A stretch of 28,358 nt of DNA from a bacterium. Lineage in GTDB: Bacteria; Zhuqueibacterota; Zhuqueibacteria; Residuimicrobiales; Krinioviventaceae. A program made the position numbers and the translations under genes. The first letter of the stretch is position 1. The number at the start of each line of letters is the position of its first letter. Shown here in pieces: positions 1 to 8,273 of the stretch. Below the pieces are notes generated by a model. It was not told the origin of the DNA and searched no databases. It was given only the letters and a program-made list of their open reading frames with translations. Location: assembly GCA_963674595.2 (NCBI GenBank), contig CAXXFV010000037.1, positions 1-28,358 of the forward strand, given 5' to 3'.

Positions 1-2894
1 GTATCTGTTGTCCATCGCTGCCATTGTTTTGTTTTGCGTCCGTATTCGTTTTCCTGGTTAATTTCTATTTCTTTTTCACGATCCCGGTTGTTTACCGGAA
101 AATCGAAAAAGAATTTCAAACCTTCAAAAATACTCTTTTCAACATCAATGAAAGCATCTTGATTAAAATAATAAGCTGTTTCATAATGATTATCAAAAAG
201 TGTATCACCAGTTGTTACATTAATACAACGCATTCCGGTTGTACTTCCCCATTGCCGTTCATCCCCGGTTAAATCATCAAGCCAATGATCATCTTCAAAC
301 GAAATTTCATATTCATTTCCAAGACGTGCATGGTGTTTATTAAAAACTTCAATTCGCAAATTACCACCATTTGCATAACCACTGATATGTCGAATTTTTG
401 TGGAATCTACATAGGGGTTAACATAACCGGCAGCCGGTTCAGAAGGCACAACAACGGCTGTATTTTTATCACGATAAACAACCTCACCCAATTCATTTAC
501 AGTAATACTAAAACCACATTCACTTGGCATTGCTTGCATCGGATAATCAATCGAAACAATTTTTCTATCAAAAAAATCATCATCATTTCCGGCATCAATA
601 GAATTGACAGCATAATAATAGGTGCGGCCATTTTCAACTGTCGAATCCGTATAGGAATGCCTTAATCCGGAATTATCACCCATATCATAGTGAACGCCCA
701 GATTAGGAAATGGAATTGGATGCGGACCGGAGAGACCACCTTCATCATTTTCGATCCGATCGTAAATTACTAAAGGTTCAAATAAAAGAACATTGCCAAA
801 CGCATCGGTAATCGTTTTAATATCTAAAAACTTTGGATTAGTACTTCGGTAAACCCGGTAACCATTAAAGTCCTCTCCAAAAAACTGATCAAGAGAGCTC
901 TCTGCATCAGTATCCCAATATAACTGAACACGTTTACTGCCGGTATTAGAGACAACTGTTGGTTGAAGTGGAGGTGTTAAAAATCTATAGTTGTTGTTAT
1001 AAATTTGCTGCATAGTCGCTTTATTTCGAATAGCATCATTTTGATCTTCACCCATAATCATAGCTATTACAAATCGCCGCCATTTCATAGTATCCAGCTT
1101 TACGGCACGGGCACCAAATGTAAAGGCAATGTTTTCATCGGTATCTTCAATTCCCTCGTCACCTTCAGTTTCCCAACGTAAAAATTTGTCCCAAAATACT
1201 TCACCTATTTTCAAATCGGTTGTATTCGGTTCATAAGCATAGACATGTTTCAAACCGGCCTGGTCGGCTTCGTCGATATCCGTTTCATCATAATTTGGTT
1301 CACCATGATCATAAACCCCATTTACTTCAGACCCATCATCATCCGGCCCTGGCCAGCCGTTTTCATCCGGTCCGATACCATCGGTCCCCCTATCATCATT
1401 TACCGGTTCCATATCCAGCTTGTCATTTTCATTTTTATCTTCGCCAACGTCAAGGGCGCCGTTCAAGTTGGTATCTTCCGTATCCCAAACTCCGTTATTT
1501 TCAGTTCCATCAGCATCCGGCCCGGTATATCCTTCGTCCATCGGTCCTTTTCTGTCCAAACCTACATCAGCAAAAGGCCTCCAGTCTCCATCATCGTCAA
1601 AATTGTTACTCATGGATTCGTCAATCAAACTGTCTGCATCATCATCTTTAAAATTATAATCAATACCCGGACTTTCCAAAAAGGCAAAACCGAATGTCCC
1701 GATTTTTTTCCAGGTTTCAATTTGTTCCGGGAATTGGTGCCACTGGTATAGAATATCGAAAGAAAGTCTACCACGCTGTTCTGCATAATCTGCAAGGATA
1801 TAGTCAACAGCATTATATTCACTTTGACCGACATCAGCATCAGCAAACATTCCGGTTACTATACGGTCCAACGTATAATCACTATAGTTACGTACTCGAT
1901 AAACGGACACAAGCAGGTCTTCTGCCAATGGATGAAACCAGGCATAGGTGCGGCTTTCAACTTCTACACCTGCTCCGGCAATTCCGCCATCCAACCAAAG
2001 TGTTGTATCCGGCGTTCCGTCTGCATTTTTCATCGGCCAGTAGGCCAATGGTTTTTTAAAATCATTCAAATAATCATTTTCATGATCATCCATTCGATAT
2101 AATGTTTCCTGGTCGGCTATGGTGGCTCTCTTATATTCACCATTCCAATATCCTGCTCTGCTGCCTGGAATGGAGGAGCTCGGCGGCCGTCCATTTGATA
2201 TTCGGGTATCACCGATATATGAACCGGCAGGCCAGTATTCGGGCCAGGTCCTTTTATCCGTACTTATTGCCATACTTTTTAAAATACTTTCAGGAGGATC
2301 CAAATTATAATCCAATATACCATTATAATTTATATCCTCTTCAGGCTGCAGCTCACCATCTTTATTTACATCTTCATTAATTCCCCAGATGACACCAAAC
2401 TGTCCGTCATTAAAATAGTAAGGCATGGGCTGCCATATCTGTTGGTGGGTTTTATCCGAAGACAATTTTGCCACAATACCGACAGCCGTATGCGGAAGGT
2501 AAGATACGCTGACTATAGGAAAAGTTTGCCCGTCTCGCTCGTTAGGAACTACTTGACCTCTATATTCCGCCATATCTGTGATAAGGGCACCAATATAAAA
2601 GTTAGCTTTTCCAACATAATTCAGACCTTCACTTCCAGGCCATCTCATGGATTTACTAGGCTCTACACCGCTGTCGGTGAGATTGCCGAAATTCCAGACA
2701 GGGCACCAGATTAAATTTCTGTCGAAAAGACCTCGTGCCCAAAAGCGCGCCCAATGCATGGGGTGACTATCAAACTGTGCTCCGCTTACCTGGGCTTTTG
2801 TATTTTGCCAGGAACAGAGCAACAAAAGTATGATGATAACACTGGTTAAAATAGTGTTTTTAAGAATAATGTTCTTTATTGACAAAGACTTCAT
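1..2894 (-). CDS. Large secreted protein (>960 aa, C-terminus beyond window start) with Asp-rich putative Ca-binding repeats and an FN3-like domain
   Basis: Not in the ORF track because it has no stop in the window. Translated by hand from ATG at 2894 (AAGGA upstream): MKSLSIKNIILKNTILTSVIIILLLLCSWQNTKA-QVSG (signal peptide), WNFGN, RWPGSEG, TWPEYWP, ADQE, FLESPG, DDDGDW, GEPNYDETDIDEADQAG, RVQLYWD..DFNGYRVYRS..YTDSTVENGRTYYYAVNSID. The frame stays open to position 1 (..KQWQRWTTD). Confidence 0.9.
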   Translation of the reverse strand, partial: MKSLSIKNIILKNTILTSVIIILLLLCSWQNTKAQVSGAQFDSHPMHWARFWARGLFDRNLIWCPVWNFGNLTDSGVEPSKSMRWPGSEGLNYVGKANFYIGALITDMAEYRGQVVPNERDGQTFPIVSVSYLPHTAVGIVAKLSSDKTHQQIWQPMPYYFNDGQFGVIWGINEDVNKDGELQPEEDINYNGILDYNLDPPESILKSMAISTDKRTWPEYWPAGSYIGDTRISNGRPPSSSIPGSRAGYWNGEYKRATIADQETLYRMDDHENDYLNDFKKPLAYWPMKNADGTPDTTLWLDGGIAGAGVEVESRTYAWFHPLAEDLLVSVYRVRNYSDYTLDRIVTGMFADADVGQSEYNAVDYILADYAEQRGRLSFDILYQWHQFPEQIETWKKIGTFGFAFLESPGIDYNFKDDDADSLIDESMSNNFDDDGDWRPFADVGLDRKGPMDEGYTGPDADGTENNGVWDTEDTNLNGALDVGEDKNENDKLDMEPVNDDRGTDGIGPDENGWPGPDDDGSEVNGVYDHGEPNYDETDIDEADQAGLKHVYAYEPNTTDLKIGEVFWDKFLRWETEGDEGIEDTDENIAFTFGARAVKLDTMKWRRFVIAMIMGEDQNDAIRNKATMQQIYNNNYRFLTPPLQPTVVSNTGSKRVQLYWDTDAESSLDQFFGEDFNGYRVYRSTNPKFLDIKTITDAFGNVLLFEPLVIYDRIENDEGGLSGPHPIPFPNLGVHYDMGDNSGLRHSYTDSTVENGRTYYYAVNSIDAGNDDDFFDRKIVSIDYPMQAMPSECGFSITVNELGEVVYRDKNTAVVVPSEPAAGYVNPYVDSTKIRHISGYANGGNLRIEVFNKHHARLGNEYEISFEDDHWLDDLTGDERQWGSTTGMRCINVTTGDTLFDNHYETAYYFNQDAFIDVEKSIFEGLKFFFDFPVNNRDREKEIEINQENEYGRKTKQWQRWTTD

Positions 2895-2923
2895 AACTGT
2901 TCATTCCTTATTTGAATTTATAT

Positions 2924-3994
2924 TTAGAATGCACTTATACCTAAAGTAAACCGATGCACGGAAGAAAGAACGGTCCAATCGGTCCATGCATAATCAAAAG
3001 TTAGTGTGCCAAAATTTCTTACGGCATACTTTAAACCGCCTCCCAATGTCAAACCATCTGCTGCGGCATCGTTAAAAAGTGATCGATAACCGGCACGAAG
3101 AAATGCTGTATTCATAACATTCAGTTCAGTACCGATATCGGCAGATTCATCATCATTATTCGGATGGTTCAAGTTTGTTGCAAGCAGAATACTGTTACTT
3201 GAACCTAAATCTACTTTATAGGAAATTCCAAATCTAAAAAGTAAAGGAAGCGGATAGGTTTCGGTTGCCAGCATGATAGGAACATTATCGTTATTATAGT
3301 TATCATCTTTTCTTCCATCAACATCCATAACCCGGGTCAGGTCGCGGCCTGCAAGTCCGAATTCAGGGCCAAGATTGCTGAGAGCGGCTCCAAGACGCAA
3401 ATTTCGTAAAGGTGTATCAAAAAGAATAGAAAGGTCCAGAGCCGTTGCATTTCCCTTTACATGCCAAATGCTTTGTTGAAAATACTTGACTCCTAACCCC
3501 ACATTAACCCTGTCAGTAATACTCATTGCCCAATAAACACCGGCAAGAAGGTCTGAGGCAGAGTAGGTTTCTCCTGTACCTTCCGGTCTGAACACCGAAC
3601 GTACCGGATTAGACCCATAGTCCAGCATTGCGATATGAATTCCAATTGCTGAATTAATCATCCTTATCGGAGCGACCAAATCAACGGTATGAAATTTGGT
3701 TCCAACAAACCATTCTGTTTTGGAAGCTTGTATTGAAAAACGTTTAATTTTAGCAATACCGGCAGGGTTCCAGTATAAAGCAGAAGGATCATCCGCAATA
3801 CCAACAAAAGCCCCGCCCAAAGCTTCAGCACGTGCTCCGACTCCTATTTCCAGCATCGCGGCTGCTGTTGTGCCCCTTCGGCTGGTATTATTTTCATACG
3901 CCAGATCAGCCGGATTTACCTGACCAATTAAATGGTCGACTTTTGCGATAAAAAATAATAGCAAAATACATATTAAGCAAAAATGACTTTTCAT
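2924..3994 (-). CDS. PorV/PorQ-family outer-membrane beta-barrel protein
   Basis: Signal peptide; family N-terminal signature LEIGVGARAEALGGAFVGIADDPSALYWNPAGIA; LRAGY, GLTLGGG, FDYAW, HRFTLG strands; terminal Phe. Confidence 0.88.
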   Translation of the reverse strand: MKSHFCLICILLLFFIAKVDHLIGQVNPADLAYENNTSRRGTTAAAMLEIGVGARAEALGGAFVGIADDPSALYWNPAGIAKIKRFSIQASKTEWFVGTKFHTVDLVAPIRMINSAIGIHIAMLDYGSNPVRSVFRPEGTGETYSASDLLAGVYWAMSITDRVNVGLGVKYFQQSIWHVKGNATALDLSILFDTPLRNLRLGAALSNLGPEFGLAGRDLTRVMDVDGRKDDNYNNDNVPIMLATETYPLPLLFRFGISYKVDLGSSNSILLATNLNHPNNDDESADIGTELNVMNTAFLRAGYRSLFNDAAADGLTLGGGLKYAVRNFGTLTFDYAWTDWTVLSSVHRFTLGISAF

Positions 3995-4013
3995 ACGACT
4001 ATACCTGTATAGT

Positions 4014-6920
4014 TTAATAATTTATTGACAAACCAATTTGAATGAGACGTGGTCTTGAATAATGAGTCGGGTTATAATCAGCTTCGTCTCTGGTAAATTC
4101 TCCAATCTGTTGCAGACGATAATATCTCTTTCTGGCAATTTCAGGGTAATAGGCATCCGGTCCAGCTTGTCCGGTTAGACTGTGAACATAATTTTCATCC
4201 AGATGATTAAGGATATTATAAACATTAAAATAAGCACCGAAATCAATGCCGGCCAGTTGAAATGATTTATATAATTTAAAATCAACATTCCATCGAACAG
4301 GCTTACGGTCTGCATTGTCCCACCAACCGCTTGGAATTTCAATTGGTAACAGCGTGCTTGGAGAATATGGCAAACCGGACCCAAGCTGTCCGATTAAACT
4401 GAGATACCAATCTTTTTGAGGACGTACACTGACAGAAGCATTCAAACTGTGCGTTTGGTCCCAATCGAGGAACTTTATATATCTTGTAGCTAATGAATAG
4501 GCGCCTCTGGAGGAACCGGATAATATAGCGACGTCTCGTTGGGCTTCAGCGCTTGAGGAGGTACCTTTTGCCGTCATATAGGTATAATCAATACTGGAAG
4601 ATAACGCTCCATCCATTGTTGATTGGTTAAAAGCAATGGTTATACCTGATGAGTTGCCGTACTCTTTATTGATGTAACGATAAAAAGTTGTAGCGTTGCT
4701 AAGGGTTAAAATTTCTATACCTAATAAATCGCGAAAGTCTTTATAAAAAACGGTTAGTTCCATTGATAACCCGTCAACCAGTTCCTGCTGAAGGCCAAGT
4801 TCATATTGAATCGTTTTTTCAGGTTTTAAATTCGGGTTACCGATTTTTGATCCATAAATGCTAAATTGGTTATAATTTTCTAAAACAGGATTTTGATACA
4901 TTTTTTCAAAACTGGGCGCCTGAAAGAAATGACCGAATGAAACCCTCATAGCGCCGCGTTCAGAAATTGGAAATGATAGGCCAAGTCTCGGACTTAGTTG
5001 CCATTTATTTTTTGCCGGTTCATAGTATCGATTATCACCAACCATCTCAGGGAACACAATTGAATAATCCGGCGCCCACCTGTCATTAGGTTCAAAATAG
5101 TCAAAACGTAAGCCAGCGTTTAGGATAATTTCGCCCAGGCTTAGTTTTGTTTGAGTATAAGCGGCTGCTTCTTTGGGTTTTCTTGTATAATCGATATAAA
5201 ACAAGTGATCTGCTGTGCTGTCGGGACTACTTTCACGTAATTTTATATGTCCATAATTATAATCTAAAGTCGCATTTCTGAAAAACTCCCAGGGCAATTC
5301 CAATCCTCTGATTTCACTCCTGTTATAAGGATATCGAACTTCTTCATATCCCATAATCGGTTTCATGGGAGCATTTTTATAATGTAAATTATGGGTTTTA
5401 TACTCAAAACCAGTTTTAACTTCAATAATTTTATTAATTTGCCATGTTACATCACCATTAACCAGATGAAGATTACGATCGTTAAATTCACGGTCCCAAC
5501 TGTAAATACCGCCATAATCATAACCCGTAATGGCACCCGGGTCCCAGGCGTTTACGGCTGTTGTTTGATAACGCTCATCCGTTACATCTTTATAGGTATA
5601 TGCTTTATAATTATTCTTTTGAAAAGAATAACGAAGATTGTAATAAAGATGTTCAGTTGGAGAGTGAGTAAAAACAAACATGTGTGTTTGATTATCACTG
5701 TATCGATATGGAAGAGCATCAGGGCAAAAGCGCCAACTGTGAGAATAGGTTTTACTTTCGGTATCACTTGTAAACAAGTTATAGGAAAGAGTTAAATTCG
5801 GTTTTGGTTGATAAACAAGTTTAGTATTAATGCTATACTTTTTAGACCAATTAATAGGAACAATTTCACCATCTCCTGTATGCATGGAATCAGGCAGCGG
5901 AATAACAAGCGGATCCGGCGGATCATAGGTTGCCTGGTACCATTCCCGATAGACCTCTATTTCCCAACCGTCTTCAGGCATATATCTTCTTTCACCATGT
6001 AACCAACCGTCATCATTAACGATTCGTCCGTTTACATAAAATCCTAATTTGCCAAGAGATTTGGGAAACGGCAAGGGTCCGGATACGGAAAATTTATATT
6101 CCTGGGTATTAAACGGCTCAAAACTATCCAAACCAATATATTGGGGTTTATCAGGAGAATAAAAGCCACCTGTCATCGCATCAAAGGATGCATTAAATCT
6201 ATTTTCAGGGACTTTGGTTACCACATTGATAATACCGGATTGGGCAGAGCCGTATTCGGCATTAAATGTACCGGTAATGACCTGAAGTTCCTTGATAAAG
6301 TTATTTTCAATTGTAACGTTGGAACCACCTCCCTGGCTAAAGCTGTTTGTTACGGAAATACCATCAATCATATAGGCAACTTCACGGGAACGACCGCCAC
6401 GAAAGTGCATGCCGCCACCGGCATCCGTTACAACACCGGATTGCAATTGCACGACCTCGCTAAAATTAGAAACAGGTAGTGATTCAATTTCTTCCTGACT
6501 AACGTAAGCGGCAGAGTTTGTTCTATCAAACTCGATGACTTCACGGCCTGCTACGATAACGACTTCCTTTCCTTCAAGAACCGTCATCGACAATTCACAG
6601 TCAACACGCCTGATTCTGTCGGTAAAAACCTGCACATCTTTAACCAAAACAGGCTGATAGCCTATCATCTGAAACTTTAAATTATATGTGCCGGGAGGAA
6701 CGTTGATCATTATATAGTTTCCATCGGCATCCGCAGCCGCTCCACGATTTGTGCCCTCAATGATTACATTTGCCCCAGGTAAAGCTTCACCGGTATCTTT
6801 ATCTTTAACCAGACCAGCAATTTTACCTGTTACTCCGGCCAATGCAGTTTGTCCAATACATAACAGGATAAACAATAAAGGCAATAGAATGACAGGTGAT
6901 ATTTTTCTACTTTTCACCAT
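4014..6920 (-). CDS. TonB-dependent receptor with N-terminal carboxypeptidase-regulatory-like domain
   Basis: Signal peptide; GKIAGLVKDKDTGEALPGANV..GAAADADGNY; plug HFRGGRSREVAYMIDG and ITGTFNAEYGSAQSGIINVVTK; barrel motifs LNAGLRFDYF, SPRLGLSFPI, GNPNLKPEKTIQYELG; C-terminal PRLIQIGLSINY; GGAG RBS. Confidence 0.95.
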   Translation of the reverse strand: MVKSRKISPVILLPLLFILLCIGQTALAGVTGKIAGLVKDKDTGEALPGANVIIEGTNRGAAADADGNYIMINVPPGTYNLKFQMIGYQPVLVKDVQVFTDRIRRVDCELSMTVLEGKEVVIVAGREVIEFDRTNSAAYVSQEEIESLPVSNFSEVVQLQSGVVTDAGGGMHFRGGRSREVAYMIDGISVTNSFSQGGGSNVTIENNFIKELQVITGTFNAEYGSAQSGIINVVTKVPENRFNASFDAMTGGFYSPDKPQYIGLDSFEPFNTQEYKFSVSGPLPFPKSLGKLGFYVNGRIVNDDGWLHGERRYMPEDGWEIEVYREWYQATYDPPDPLVIPLPDSMHTGDGEIVPINWSKKYSINTKLVYQPKPNLTLSYNLFTSDTESKTYSHSWRFCPDALPYRYSDNQTHMFVFTHSPTEHLYYNLRYSFQKNNYKAYTYKDVTDERYQTTAVNAWDPGAITGYDYGGIYSWDREFNDRNLHLVNGDVTWQINKIIEVKTGFEYKTHNLHYKNAPMKPIMGYEEVRYPYNRSEIRGLELPWEFFRNATLDYNYGHIKLRESSPDSTADHLFYIDYTRKPKEAAAYTQTKLSLGEIILNAGLRFDYFEPNDRWAPDYSIVFPEMVGDNRYYEPAKNKWQLSPRLGLSFPISERGAMRVSFGHFFQAPSFEKMYQNPVLENYNQFSIYGSKIGNPNLKPEKTIQYELGLQQELVDGLSMELTVFYKDFRDLLGIEILTLSNATTFYRYINKEYGNSSGITIAFNQSTMDGALSSSIDYTYMTAKGTSSSAEAQRDVAILSGSSRGAYSLATRYIKFLDWDQTHSLNASVSVRPQKDWYLSLIGQLGSGLPYSPSTLLPIEIPSGWWDNADRKPVRWNVDFKLYKSFQLAGIDFGAYFNVYNILNHLDENYVHSLTGQAGPDAYYPEIARKRYYRLQQIGEFTRDEADYNPTHYSRPRLIQIGLSINY

Positions 6921-6970
6921 ATAACTCCATTAGTTGTTGTAAATCGAAAATGATTATAATGTTTTAAAAA

Positions 6971-7996
6971 TCAACAATAATTTTCTTTTAAAGGGCCTAT
7001 AGAGTTTCTATTTGTTAAAATAGTTTTTACTGTAATAATGGTATGAGATAACTTTTCTTTAGATTCCATGTGATCACGCAAGAGTAAAAATGCCTTTTTA
7101 CCCATTTCGTCTAATGGATGTGAAACTGTTGTGAGAGGCGCGAAGAGATAAGGCGTAAGAATATTATCAACAAATCCAATGATCGAAATTTGGTCCGGAA
7201 TAAGCAATTTCTTTTCATATATTGCTTTTAAAGCACCAAAGGAAATCATATTTCCTGAAACAAGAAGCGCTGTGGGTGGGGGATCAATATTAAGCAGTTT
7301 TTTTGTTGCTTCGTAACCGCTTTCAAAAGTATGACCTCCACCGGAAACAAGATTTGAATCGGTGCACAGATTAAATTCAGTTAGAGCTTTGTTATATCCT
7401 TTTAACCGTTTTTGGATGGTAAAAATGTTTTGACGACCGCATAAAAATGCTATTCTTTTATGTCCATAGCTGTCAAGTATTTTAACAGCATTATAAGCTG
7501 CTTCAGCATTATCACTGATAACAGCATTTGTTGAAAAATTATTAAATCTTCTATCAATTAAGACAAAAGGATATTGTTTTTCAACCAACACCTGGATATG
7601 CTCCGATTTGTCCTGTACCGGAGCAAGTATTAAACCGTCAATTCCCCTACTTATTAGATCGTTTACAAAACGAATTTCTTTTTCCTGATCTTCATTAGTA
7701 GAACATACAATCAGAGAATAGTTATGTTCAAAACTTTGCTTTTCTATACTTTTGGCAATTTCAGAAAAAAATGGATTAGAAATATCCGGAATAATAAGGC
7801 CAATTGTGTTACTCTTTCTCAAACGCAATGCTCTTGCCATTTTATCGGGGTGATAATTCAGCTCTTTTGCGACTTTGAGAATACGTTTACGCGTTTCGCT
7901 TGATATTGGTACATGTTCGCTCCCTCGTAAGACTCTTGAAACAGTAGAGGGATGAACCTTAGCTTTTGCGGCAACATCTTTAAGAGTAATGGCCAT
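6971..7996 (-). CDS. LacI-family transcriptional regulator
   Basis: HTH MAITLKDVAAKAKVHPSTVSRVL, hinge ARAL, IGLIIPDISNPFF, PLTTV. Start moved from the track's 8074 to ATG at 7996, the start of the HTH; the TTG at 8074 is part of the TTGACA -35 box. Confidence 0.95.
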   Translation of the reverse strand: MAITLKDVAAKAKVHPSTVSRVLRGSEHVPISSETRKRILKVAKELNYHPDKMARALRLRKSNTIGLIIPDISNPFFSEIAKSIEKQSFEHNYSLIVCSTNEDQEKEIRFVNDLISRGIDGLILAPVQDKSEHIQVLVEKQYPFVLIDRRFNNFSTNAVISDNAEAAYNAVKILDSYGHKRIAFLCGRQNIFTIQKRLKGYNKALTEFNLCTDSNLVSGGGHTFESGYEATKKLLNIDPPPTALLVSGNMISFGALKAIYEKKLLIPDQISIIGFVDNILTPYLFAPLTTVSHPLDEMGKKAFLLLRDHMESKEKLSHTIITVKTILTNRNSIGPLKENYC

Positions 7997-8013
7997 ATTG
8001 TTCCAATATTTAC

Positions 8014-8040
8014 TAAAACGTTTTATGCAATCGTTTGTAT
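8014..8040. promoter_or_regulatory. Tandem LacI-type operators
   Basis: Perfect palindrome TAAAACGTTTTA (8014-8025) abuts the imperfect palindrome ATGCAATCGTTTGTAT (8025-8040). Both have the central CG typical of LacI-family operators and lie just upstream of the lacI-family start. Confidence 0.75.
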
Positions 8041-8044
8041 GATT

Positions 8045-8074
8045 AAAATAAAGGTTTTTACCCCTTAATGTCAA
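8045..8074 (-). promoter_or_regulatory. Sigma70-type promoter for the LacI-TBDR unit
   Basis: Minus strand reads TTGACA (8074-8069), an 18-nt spacer, then TATTTT (8050-8045). The predicted start site falls in the operator. Confidence 0.6.
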
Positions 8075-8212
8075 GCACTTTCTAAAAAATTTTTAGCTTT
8101 ATTTTACAATATACCCCATAATAATTCTAAATTTTAAATAAAAAATAAATTACTGGTGTTAAAAAAATCCGGCATGTAAAAATATTATAAACCAGATCAT
8201 TTTGGTTTATAT

Positions 8213-8250
8213 AAAAAAAAGTGCCCTTGTCTATAACAGACAAAGGCACT
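8213..8250 (-). terminator. Rho-independent terminator after the Gfo/Idh/MocA gene
   Basis: Minus strand AGTGCCTTTGTCT-GTTAT-AGACAAGGGCACT forms a 13-bp stem with one G-U pair, followed by a T run. It lies about 23 nt after the stop at 8274. Confidence 0.9.
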
Positions 8251-8273
8251 CTGGTAAGCCAAAATTTTTAAAT

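Noticed and set aside
24-2714. Cluster of short ORFs in the track, nearly all plus-strand (e.g. 1220-1651 His-rich, 1245-1751 Ile-rich)
   Set aside because: They are shadows of the long minus-strand gene. Its GAT/GAC-rich repeats read as ATC/CAT/TCA (Ile/His/Ser) on the other strand.
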